Shown here: positions 23,335 through 34,891 of the stretch, piece after piece
Layout: every line of letters starts with the position of its first letter
Numbering within the stretch: the stretch's first letter is position 1
NCBI RefSeq assembly: GCF_011745625.1
Contig: NW_027191468.1
Location: 186,001 to 250,000, forward strand
DNA: 64,000 bases
Reading direction: 5' to 3'
Source: Cladosporium halotolerans
Lineage: Eukaryota
Notes under the pieces: generated by a model
What the model saw: the letters and a program-made list of their open reading frames with translations, nothing else
The model's database searches: none
Told to the model about the DNA's origin: nothing
Translations under genes and position numbers: made by a program

Positions 23335-25244
23335 ATGCCTGCTGCGGCGGTCAAAGGTGAGTTGCAGTGCACGAATATGACGATCTGAGACGGTTCAAAA
23401 ACTCCAGAGATGCTGTTCTGTGTTCAACACTCTGGAGTCCGTGACCACGTTCATATACATTACATACCGATGTACATAAGCACAAAGCTAACGCCATGGC
23501 TCTAGGTATCATCATCTCCATATCCATAATCACCGCTCTCGGCATCGCCGTCCTCGAGAACCCGCAGGTACAGCAATGGCTTGAAGAGCAGCGTCGCAAT
23601 CTCGCCGAGCTCCTTCGGACCATAGGTCCTGACCTCGACCCGCAATCTCGCCGTGAAGCCGAAGCCTTCGCTTTCGAGGGGCGTACGCCGAGCAACGATG
23701 AGGCTATCAGGCGGGAAATGCAAGCCAGCCGTGATGCGGCTGCTGTAGCAACGGGTCGATCTGCTGTCTCCCCCTCGAACACTGTGAGGAGGATACCGGT
23801 CCGTGGCCCGGAGGACGACGAAGCAGCGGAGGAGAGACGACGCCTGGGAAGAGAGTATCTGGCTAGGAGGAATAGAGACATGCTCGAGCTGCAAGAGAAG
23901 AGAGGCATAATCACCAGTCCTACCACGGAGACGCCGCCCATGTCGCCAACTAGCTTCGATGCTATGGTCGATAAGGAGGGCAAATTGAGGTCAAGTGATG
24001 CAGCCTTACCAACACCGCCACAGGCTGAATCAGAGGTGAAGCCGCAGGAAATGAGCGAAGTCGAAAAGCCTATTCCCGTTGGCGAGACTTCTAGCCCTTC
24101 TGTTGCGGCGAGTGGGTGGCAGATGGGTGCGGCCCTCGCAAACCCATTCGGTGATGAGTTCGAGATGGAGAGGAGCATTACCCCAAAGCCGCCTGTTCCA
24201 CCCAAGATCAAGCTCGAGAAGAGACCTCAGCCAACGCCAGAGGCGGTTCAAGAGCAACAGGTACCGGAGACCAGGCAAGAGGAATTGTCTTACGAGGAGC
24301 AGCTCGCCATCGCCCTTTCCTTGTCCGAGTCGGAAGGCTCCAAGCCTTCAGCTACTGTGCGTCGAGGTACTCAACAGGAATACGATGACGACCTTCGAGC
24401 TGCTATTGAAGCAAGTCTGCGCGACATGGATGGCCAGCAGGCTGCTCACGCCGTTGCCAATGCTGCACCTGACACGCCCCGTATCGCACCGAGTCAACAA
24501 CAGCCACTGGTCGATTTGACGCCCGATCCTCCGACCTCTGCACCGCAAGACCTCCCTCAAGGTGATTGGAGATCACTCTTCGATCATGCAGTCTGGACAG
24601 AGGAGCAAAAGGCTGCGGACCCACCTGTCAGCGTGCCAACACCGGCGGTAATCGCTGATGAGGACGATCTTTATAGCGTGACGCCTCAGCTCACTCGGGC
24701 CCGCTTGGCCGTACACGATACTGCACAGGGCAGCTCTCGGTCATCCAGCCCCAAGAAGCCTTATGATCCTGTGCACGAAGCGGCATCTTCCCAGCAACAG
24801 CAGCAACCACAGCCGCTGGATGCCAGCTTCTATTCTGCGCAGTCTCGATCCACTTCCCCGCCTACATCTCACACGGTCTCTCACGGCTCCACACAGCCCC
24901 AGCTCATTGACGTCTCAGAAGCAACTCCGTCTGTTGCAGAAGAGCAGAGCGTCACCTCTCGCTCCCGAGCCTCTTCCTTCACCTTCAGCAACGCCTCAGG
25001 TTCTGAAGCATTTGCGTCCTTCCCTGGCACATCACGCGAGCAGACCCCATCTCAGCAGACTGCTAGCGCGGCCCGCAGTGAGTTCTCGGATGTGGAAGTC
25101 ATCGACGTCGTCGAAGACAGCGACGTCGACATGCTCTCCGAGGAAGGCGATGGTGTCGCGACTCCGGACAGCTGGACCGAAGTTGGGAGCCAGGATGGCG
25201 ACAGCGAGATCAGCCGTGAGGATGCCCCTGTGCTGACACACTAA
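23335..25244 (+). CDS. Uncharacterised N-terminally anchored protein with two ubiquitin-interacting motifs
   Basis: Exon 1 23335-23356, intron GTGAGT...GCTAAC...TAG, exon 2 from 23506, giving MPAAAVKGIIISISIITALGIAVLE. UIM-like EEQLAIALSLSES and DDDLRAAIEASLRD. Confidence 0.85.
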
Positions 25245-25660
25245 ACTTTACCTCTTTGGAACCGCTACACATCGGCGAAGATTGTCTGATTCTTGTTCGA
25301 AAACTCGGCTTTGGGCATGCGGACTGGCGTTTGGTTGGGAAGTGGGATGGCTGTGCTAGACAGTGCCTGTCAATGTGATACCTATGCTACGTTTTTGTCA
25401 CTCACTTTCAGATATTCCACACCTTTGCTGCTGAATTGAACGTGCTGATGTTTATCCGGACCAATCCAAAAATTCACCAACGAAGCTGGGATGTCGGATC
25501 AATCAGGATAAGGCGTTCTGGAGCACAGCAGGATGCAACGAACGGCAAAGGAAAAGCACGTAGCCTCAGCGAGGAGCATTCTAATAAAGCCACAATCTGC
25601 GGTGAATTTCTGGAACCCGAGTCTTTCCATGACGCTCTGCACTGGTGCTGCCAATTTTCG

Positions 25661-25687
25661 CTCTCTCTCTCTCTCTCTGTGTGTCTC
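25661..25687. repeat. (CT)9 microsatellite followed by short GT/CT
   Basis: ctctctctctctctctct-gtgtgt-ctc read directly from the sequence. Confidence 0.85.
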
Positions 25688-26431
25688 GAGAGTTGGAGCG
25701 GGTCAATAGCGTTCAATAGTCCTGGAGGCAAGTGCGCCCAATCAAGCTTTTTATCACCCAGTAGCATCTATCACACATCCTGTCATCCAGGCATGTTTCC
25801 TTTCAGGTATTCAGGCAACCAATGTGAACAATATTTGATACCTAAATCCGTCATTCTAGCGAGGTCTAGATTGATGGCTGAAACGTTGCATGGTGTTTGC
25901 GGGGTGGCGAAATTGGCTGGATGGCGCCTGGGAATTCAGCCGCCTCTCGTCCCCTGTTGGCCCAGTCCGCTCCAGAATCACGATGCCCACTGCTCACGGC
26001 CTGCATTCCCTTGCGGCTTCAAGCGAAGTGGCATAAAGTGGCTGTCTTCTGAATGTGAGGGCTTGTCTGGAACATCGTCCAGCAGCTAGCGTCGACGCGG
26101 CGGAAGCCAATTGGAAAGCACAAAGATACCTGCTATGGCAGGTTATTGAGGCGATGACGCCCGGAGAGTTGTAACTGGCGATTAAGAGACAGCAGGCACC
26201 ATCTAGGCAACGTTAGTGAAATGCTTCTTCATTAGCCTGCCTTGACCTATGAAAATCATCTCTATCAATCGAATGGGACTTACTTTCGTTCTGCGCATGC
26301 ATTGGTGCCGAACAGCTGTATCTTTCGACCTGATTCTTGTGTCTCCTATCTGTTACTTATCGAACCGCAGAGGAGGCAATGAAAGAAAATGTACATAGAG
26401 CATGCCTCAGCATACAGCAATCATAGCCAGC

Positions 26432-28213
26432 TCAACACTCGATCATCTCGGATTTTTTCGTCTCAAGCGAGCTCAGGCCCACAAAAAGCGCCAGTCTTCG
26501 TATCGTATGCCACTCGCGTTTCTGAAAGGTCTCTAAGACAAGCTTCAATCGCGTGAGCTTGGATAGGTCCGACCACTCCCAATGGTACACGTGGTGTGTG
26601 TATGACCTGGCCTCTTGGATCACCTGGCGCCAATTGCAAGACGCCCGCCAGCTTGTCCACCCAAGACCCGAGAATAGCAAGAAGATTATGGCTGTTACAA
26701 CAAATCCCCAGATGCTATGACCTGTTTCATTGATCTCCTGTACGTTCATGCCGTATAGTGACGAAGCTAAATTGATAGGAATGAAGACAAAAGCGAGTAC
26801 GGTGACTACGAATTCCAAAACGTTAACAGTAGGAAAAACATAATTCTCAGAGTAGCAGACTTACCTGCGATAGCGCTTCGACTCTCATTGATTGCCAATT
26901 CGGCTGTCTGGATGTTTTTCTGCTGAATCTGCGTGTCGAGCAAGGCTTGTATGTCTTCTGCAATGGCCTTGCTTTCGGCATCCAGCCGCTCGAGCATGAG
27001 CTTTGCCTCCTCGTAATCTCCCAAAGGCGAGTTAGGACGGTTCCTCTGGAAAGCATTGACTTGATTGATATCAGCTTGTAGGGTTACACGCAATGCCCGT
27101 GCGTCTGTCGAAAGATCATAAAGCCTTCCGCGATCGCTAAGTTTCTGTAGCTCCGACCAGCTCGTAACTATGCTGTCTAGCTCCCCAGCACGTTTTATTG
27201 CTTCCATGTGGATCAGTGAAGTGAGCCAGTGACCGGCCGGTGCATCTTGTGTAGGCCTAAGGTGTGACTTCAAGCAACGTCGTAAGACGTGCGTGAAGAA
27301 GAAGATCGGAGTCGAATATGTCTCTTGTCTGCAGTCCAAAGGGCTGTCCATCCAATCAGAGAAAAGTGGAGGATCCCAGATATCGCTGGGAGTGAGCCAA
27401 GCGGACGATTGCCACGCGTAATTACAAGACGAAAAATGAACCACAACTACGGATAGTTAGCCGTGTCGTTAAGGCCATCGCATGAGTCGAATACTTGCCA
27501 ATGTTCGGTTCGCCTTTGCCCAGCTTTCTTGGACCAAGGTCTGCAGCGATAATCGAACTTTGACCCTTTTCAATGCGCCCAAACGAGACCACGCCTGCTC
27601 TCAACGGGGTTCGACGAAGTGCGGGAATCTTTTCCTCAAAGCCGCTCATGCGCGCAAGATTGCTAACGTCTGCTGGGCGCAGATTAAGCTCGACGCCCAG
27701 GATGTGACAGAACAACAAACTCGCAACAGCTTCGCAGTCTTCGCGAACATATTCACTGTAGAAAACAATGATTCTTGTATTGACATCCGGCTCACTCTCT
27801 CGAAGACGACCCAAGAAGTTGTCGACATGTTTGGGCACTGCATTTCCACTTCGCGGTCTCAGAATGGCTGCGACTGTCAGAGGTTTGCTGATGCTTCCTG
27901 TGTCGTTTTGGATGTCCCAAATCTCGGCGGCGGAATGCATGAGCTCAGGCCTCGTCTCGCCTGACATAGGCGTGGTCTTCACCTTGTCCGCGAGACCTCT
28001 GAGATGTTGCTCAAGAACTCGAACTTCGTGCCATTTGCTTTTGAGCGCGCCAAGATACTGCAGGTATGGCGCTTGATGTGTTGCGAAAACATGACCCGCA
28101 CTTTCAGGTGAGTTCGATCTGGTCATATTTCGGTCGTGCTGGATAGACTTTGGGACATGGAAGGAAAGCGGTAGGGTCGAACCAAATCCGAGGTCAAATA
28201 CTTCCGCGATCAT
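26432..28213 (-). CDS. Fungal CorA-like transmembrane domain protein (GMN motif)
   Basis: Three ORF pieces joined by a GC-AG intron (27498-27447) and a GT-AG intron (26864-26806). Coiled coil, then VTVLAFVFIPINLASSLYGMNVQEI and a second TM helix. The start could instead be ATG 28126. Confidence 0.8.
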
Positions 28214-28589
28214 GACAGTGGCGCTACGATGATGCGCGAAGGCAGCCAGTACTGCCTACGATGTGCTCGGCTGCGGAATATGAGCGTCTCTGCATGTCTC
28301 GTATGACGTTTAAGCCTCGTATGCCGTGTGTTGAAAGATCTGATTGGATTCATCTGCAATAAGCGCTTGGGTGTTTCAACGCCGCACATCCTTCTCGCTT
28401 ATAGAAACGGCGCGTCGACGCAAGCGCTGCGACAACATGTCAACATCAAATTTACCATACACGTTCGGGTTAATAGGTTCATGGTTTACTGCATAAACAG
28501 AACACGCGCTGTCCGATTGTTCGCCTATGACTGATCACTGGTGGTTGTTCCGATTGAAATGCTAGGTTGGAAGGACTATCAGTAGGGAT

Positions 28590-31500
28590 CTACCAATCGT
28601 TATCTTGCCCTCCACTCATAGCTTTCTGTCTCGCCTTCAAAGCCTCAGCGAGGCCACCTGCAAGACCGCCGGCGGCCGGTCCATTTTGGCTAGATGGCGT
28701 GGCTGCGCCACTGCTGCCATTTGCATACCCGCTGTCTCGGGGTGGAGTATCTGGCCCTGGCTTACGTCCTGCGGGTCGCTTCGCAGGTGGTGCGGGCGGA
28801 GTGGGCTTGGCCCTTGCTGCGCCATTCGTTCCCGGCGTTGGTCTCGCAGCAGCTGGTGCAGGTGGAGGCGGAGGACGCGATGCCGCCGGAGGAGGGGGCG
28901 GCGGTGCTTGTTTGACCTCTTCAACATAGGCAGCGGGCACCCAACCAGAGGCACTGTGATCGAGGCGCTTGCCGAGCCACCATCCTAAAGAGAGGATTAG
29001 CTTCGTCTACTCGACGGATAACGAATCACGTACCGTTGTTCTCTTTCTGAGTGATGAGGATGACTTCATCCTTTCTCAGGCTGAGCTCGCCGCTTGTCTG
29101 GCCAGCAAAGTCATACAGTGCCTTGAAAGTAGGATCTTGCGGCGGTGCCGCAGGAGCAGCAGGAGCAGCAGGAGGAGGTGGCGGAGGTGGAGGCGCACGT
29201 CCCGAAGATGACGAAGGCGTCCTTGCGTGAGTGGGCGCCTCGTTCCGAAGTGAAGTTATGGGGTGAGGCACGGCTTGCGGCTGCGGCACGATTCTCTCCT
29301 GTCTGGGCGGCTCTGCGTATCCACCACCCGGCAGAGGTCGAGCTTGCGGCGGTGGCTTCCGTTGTGCTGCTTGCTGCGATAGTTTGCCGCCACTCTTCTT
29401 CAACAGCTTGCCGGTAGTAATAGGCTTCGCAGCAACCGGTTTGGCCTTCGGCGTCTCCTTAGACTCCGAGTTCGGTGGTTCTCCAGGACCTGTCCTGATC
29501 TCACTACTCTTGTAGACGTCGTCCCGGCGCACGGACGGGTCTTTAGTGACCTTGACGGTCGCAGCTTTACCTCCCTTCTTGTTGTATTGGATTTTATCAC
29601 CGAACTGCACTTGACCGCGAATATTTGCGAGCCGATCAAGCTGCGCAAAGAACTCAGTCTTGAAAACACAGTTGATCAAAGGATCAGCTTCTTGCCCGCT
29701 ACCAACACAGATTGCGAACCAATCATCCTTCAAATTACTGGTGCTGATGGATTTGATTGACCTGACGGGAATGGTACGTTCCGCAGATATTTGGAGCCGC
29801 TTTTCCGCCATCGCTTGTTTGATGATGTAGACGTTGATCGGTTGCTTTCTGTCCTTGTTTTCAGTGACAACCAAGATGCGGGCTTCCGGTTTACTCGAGC
29901 GTCCAATCTTAGACACCAATACTTCGCAGCGGCTGGAAAACGCCACCCATTCGTTCTGGCCAACCGCGCTCTTGCGGAGGAACTCTCCTGTACCGCCGCT
30001 GCCATCGTGCGAAGGATCCATTCCGAGATAATCACCCAAGAATCTTCGGGATCCAAGGAGTGAGAATCTCCTGCGTTCTTTCCGTCTGCCAAGAAGATCC
30101 GCACCCTTGTTTCTGAGTTTGAGACCAGGATCACCACCTTTCTTCTTTTTCCACATGAGTTGGATGCGAGTAGCAGCCTCGACGCGGTATCGCAGATAGT
30201 TCCTCCAGGCTCTCTGTATGCGAATCGCCATGTTGTGCCAGTAACGGTCTCTCATTGTCTCGAGCGCGAACAGTGTCTCAGGAGTCTTGATGAAGGCCTT
30301 CGTGACACCCATCTGCCACTCCTCGGCCGGAATAGAAGTGTCCTTGAGGATCTGCCGCACACCAGACTTGGCGTCTCCCGTCCAAGTGTACTCACCAGCG
30401 TAGCTACACTTCGGCGAAAGCAAGTAGAAGCGCTCGACGAACTTCTCGAATGTTTGACGGTAGGCGAAACCAGCACGGCGAATGCGCACGTTCTCTTGCA
30501 GACCGAGGTACTTGATTTGATGGAGGACGTTGCCGTCGTTGTACTCGGTGGGGCTCTTGTTCTCGTTCGGCTTGATGGTGCGGATGTAGCTGGGCGTGCA
30601 CTGCATGAGAGTCGCAACGAGATCGTTAGCAGACGCTTTGATCTTGTCACCAGCAGTGGGAGGACGGCGCTTGTCGTCCTGGTTGACATTGTCCGGGAAG
30701 AGAGTGTGAACGAAGTTGTTCGAACTCTGGCCAGCGAGGTTAAGAAGATCCTTCAGAAGCTGGTCCTTGTTCTTATCGGTCATGCCGTCAATCGCGTAAT
30801 TGACATCGCCAGCGTAATGCTTGATCACGAACTGTCCTTGCCTAGGAGCGAAGTTAGGGTTGCTCAGCGCATTCAATCTTTGCGCAAAGGTGCCGTCGGC
30901 GGCGCTGGGGTCAGCGTGTGCTGTCGCACAAGCGTCGTTCAGCGCTGCAAAGACTCCGGGCGGGCGCTTCTCTTCGATAAGCTCGCATACGACCTTGTTG
31001 TCGAAGTATTTGATGGGTGTCCACTGAATCTGCTCCCTTGCGTACTCCTCTTGCTCAGTCTTCAGCGTTAACTGAATGAAGATCTGCTGTAGCTTCTCGT
31101 TGACGTAGTTGATGCAAAGCTGCTCAAAGGAGTTTCTCTCGAAGATCTCGAAGCCATAGATATCAAGGATACCGATGCTGTGCTTGACAGCCTGACGGGC
31201 TTGCAATGACTGGTTCACTCGCTCAACAATCCAATCGAACATCCTGGTGTAGATGCCCATGCTGAGAGCGTCGCGGGAAGCGGTCGCCTGCGCAATGTTG
31301 AGCGGAACATCGTACGCAGACCCTCTTCGGCCTCCTCTAGAAGTTTCGATTGTGCGAGTGGTCATGGCCTTGTTCACAGCACCCGAATCCACCTCAAGCA
31401 GGTATGCGACAAAGTCGATCACTGACTGATCCGCGACCTCTGCATTGCCCTCATCGTTCTCCCTGTATGAAATGTTGCCAATCCAAAGAATTGCTGCAAG

Positions 31501-32458
31501 CATGCGGAAAATCTCATCCTGCTCTCCTTGTGACATGCCAATCACCTTCATGGCATTGATCGTGTCCCTGAAGTCCGCGATATCGTCGATTCCATTCACA
31601 TCGTAACACTTGCTCCTGCTCGTGTAGGAATATCCGGTCGGAGGCTGAACGCCAAAGTTTGTGCGATAGGTCTCGCTGGCGGCCTTGGTAAATTGGTAGA
31701 AGATGTGGAAGTTCCTCTCGTCTTTGACCTGGCCAACAACTCTGCTTTTTTCCAGAAGGTAGTTCCTAATATTGGCACCGGCGGGCTCGCCCTGATTGTT
31801 GAATTGAATCTCGAGGTATTTGCCGAAGCGCGAGCTGTTGTTGTTTCGCAGCGTCTTCGCGTTTCCGAAAGACTCGAGAAGAGGGTTCGTGGCCAGCACC
31901 ATGTCCTTCGTTTCCTGAATAGAGCTGCTGCTTCCGCCAGAAACGTTCGCGATGTATTGCATAATCCGCTTCGCCGCCTCTGTCTTTCCCGCTCCTGACT
32001 CGCCTGAAATGATGACACACTGGTTCTCCTTGTACGCCTTCATGTTGTAGTATGTGCTCTCCGCAATCGCGAAGACGTGGGGAGGCACTTCCAGCCTGTT
32101 CTTGCCTTGATAGCTTTGCAACACCTGGTCGGTGTAGATTCCAAGGTCCCGGAAAGGGTTGACAGACACCAGCACATGTCCAATGTAGGTGTAGATCTCG
32201 CCATTCTCGAATCTCTTCTTCAAGTTGTCGTTGATCGCATCGTTCGAGATCTTGCTAATAAGCGTCAAATCAGACACGCCAACCTCCTTCTTCTTTGACG
32301 TCTCGTATGCGGCCTTCCGAATCTGAGGTTGACCGCTACCGTCCGCAGCCTGGGGTTGTTGGGCGGCATCCTTCTTGCGACCGGCGCGTTTTGTGACCGC
32401 CTGTTCACAGGAGTCAGCAAATACCTAGACTCTGTACAGACAGTCTTGACCTTACCAT
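28590..32458 (-). CDS. myoA: Class I myosin (MyoA/Myo3/Myo5), about 1254 aa
   Basis: Exons 32458-32456 (ATG only), 32400-29034 and 28984-28590. [27 protein letters not shown] site RRGSAY, IQ motifs, TH1, SH3 (ALYDF...GWW...WVPAAYV), C-terminal DNDW. Confidence 0.98.
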
Positions 32459-33535
32459 TCTTGCTACTGTCGCAAATCAGTATCGCCCGCTCACAGGGCC
32501 AGCTGTTTACAGCCCACCAAGCGGCTAATCCGGATCTATCGTCTGCCGTGAAATGAGCGGCGCTTCAAAACCGCAGTGTATGCGCTCGCACGTGAGATGG
32601 TATGAGAAAACGCAGCAAAAGCGCAATTGAGCAAAAAGCGTTCGCAGAGAGCGGGCAGGGCGAGTTTACCTTTGGCTCGGGTGCAACGTCAGAGTACATC
32701 CGTACCCGCCAAGCAGCCGACCCTCCCTCGCCCTCGTTTCGCCATCATCCGTGCCCAGCCAGGCGCTGCGCCACGCCTCGCAGGGCTGTCCGCGCCAGCC
32801 GAAACGTCGGATTTCTTCACGACGACGCGCAAGCCATTTCAGGCACCCATTATCATTGCAACCGAAGTCGGTGACAACCTTTGCTGAGACCGAAAGGCGG
32901 TGATGCTTACACTTTCATTTCCCTCGCTGCTCTGACAGGACCAACCGCAGCGGTCACGTGCAAGTATGACTTAGATTTTAAATACTGAAATTCATTTTCC
33001 GATGATGGACAAAGAGGCGGACCATACCTTGCAAATCTTGTGCCATTGGAGTCTTCGTGAATGCGAAAGTTTGTGAAGCGTGAAGCCAGACGGCTTGAAG
33101 CCGCGACAAAATGCAGGCTACAATCACCGTGTCACGATAGGCGATCATATGATTAAGTCTTTGATTGGTTCATAATCTAATGTGAAGATACATCAAATCC
33201 GCAATCAGATGTCGTTCAATTCATGGGTATCTCCGCTTCTCACCACTCCCTCGCGTCTCTTCACCATCTATCATTAGAAATGACGTCTTTTCCAATTCTA
33301 CCACGGCTCTCGCTCAGCGGCTCATTCGAAGGTGTTGCGAGTACCAGCTACTTTCTGCGTCCACGACGTAGTTGCAGCATTGTTCTCTTCCTCTGGGACG
33401 CTCGCAGAATATGGTCCCTTCGACAGACGCCTTTCGCCTTCCCCCACGCAGAGGCCTCGGCCAGCCTCCTCGGTGTTTCATCTGCTGCGGGCCGCACCTC
33501 CAGGCCCTTCGCGGGCAGCGCGTCGATTGGCACGG

Positions 33536-34891
33536 CTAATCTTTCTGGCGCAGGATTTCTTCGAAGGGGGTTCAGTCAGTCTCAGCTCTTGCGGTGGGAA
33601 TGGCACATCGGATATCTCAGTAGAGGCCCGTGTCCGTCGTCGACGAGATCGAATTGAAGAGGAAGAGGCTTTGCGCACCTGTGAGGAATTCCTCGCTGTT
33701 GTCAAACACTGTCAGCAATCTTGCCCACCTGGCGTGCTTAGAAAGTGAGCATTCCAACTTACAAGCTCAATGTAATGTACCCGTCCCGGTCGTCGTCGTA
33801 CCGCTTGAAAACGTCCGTCATGCGCTTCAGACTGATGCACGCCTGCACGAACAGGTCGAAACTCAGCCCCTTCTCCCGGCCCTTCAGATCGTCGCCCCGG
33901 CCCCGAGTGTTCTTCGCGTACGTGTTGAACAAGAGCTGCACGAACTGCGGGCTCAAGCGGTATCCGAACGCCACCAGCGCATCCGTGAACTCTTGCAGGG
34001 AGATCATCCCGCTCCTGTCCGTGTCGAAGCGGTCGAACAGCCCGCGCCACGCGGAAAGGAAGCCCCAGAGGCCGCAGAACTCGTCGAAGTTGACGGTCCC
34101 GCTGCGGTCTGTGTCGAACATCCGGATCATCATTTTGACGGTGTGCGGGTCGAACGCGGTGTAGTCGCCGTTGACGAGAGCGCGGCGGAGCTCGTTTTCG
34201 GAGAGTTGGCCGGAGCGGTCTTTGTCCACTTGCATGAAGAGGGACCAGAGGCCATCACGGTCGTTCTGGTCGCGAGGAGGTGGGCCCACGGTGGGAGGAC
34301 GTTGTTGTTGAGGGATGGATGGTCGATTGTGAGGGCCTGACGGAGGGGGACCATGGCCGTAGCTGGCAGGCGGAGGAGGGGATGTGAAAGACGGTCGCTG
34401 TTGCTGTGGTGGTGGCTGCGAATACTGCTGACTGTTGTACCGTGATGGTGGTGGCTGAGGATTGGAGTTGTAGGAGGTGTTGTAGCGAGTCTGTTGGTCC
34501 CAATCTTGTTGAGCAGGCGCCGGGTTCGAGGAGCCGTATGAGCCTGGTATAGGACCGGGAGACTGGAAACCCTGGCTCGGCGGAGGCCTGTTGCTGTAGC
34601 GATCGTCAGGGCGCTGGCCCTGTTGCGGAGGAGGAGGCATGGGTTTGTTGTACTGGGGTGCTGAGGACCCGCTGGCATGGCGGTTAGGGCCCATCATTTG
34701 AGCCGCCTGTTCGGGCTCAGCATGTCTAGAATGAGACGAACGGGTCAGCCGAGAATCGCGAGGCCAGTGAACGTGGTGGGGAGCGGGCATGGGATCGCGA
34801 ATAGGACGTGCGATCGTGCGAAGGGAAGTGAAGAAGATCTCGACACATACGCTGGAAGAGCATCCGGGTTGTATCCACGATTGTAGGCCAT
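33536..34891 (-). CDS. PEF1: Penta-EF-hand calcium-binding protein Pef1 (ALG-2/peflin-like)
   Basis: Exons 34891-34851, 34725-33763, 33695-33679 and 33558-33536. P/Q-rich N-terminus; EF loops DKDRSGQLSENE, DTDRSGTVNFDE, DTDRSGMISLQE and DDDRDGYITLSFEEFLTEILRQKD*. Confidence 0.93.

Noticed and set aside
23401..23438. 9-bp stem (ACTCCAGAG/CTCTGGAGT) in intron 1 of the UIM gene as an introner-like element or snoRNA
   Set aside because: No second copy was noticed in the window and there are no properly placed box motifs; a single short stem is not enough.
23496..23505. In-frame ATG just before the intron-1 acceptor of the UIM gene as a third alternative-start case
   Set aside because: Only three codons are involved and there is no CT-rich promoter-like tract, so chance explains it easily.
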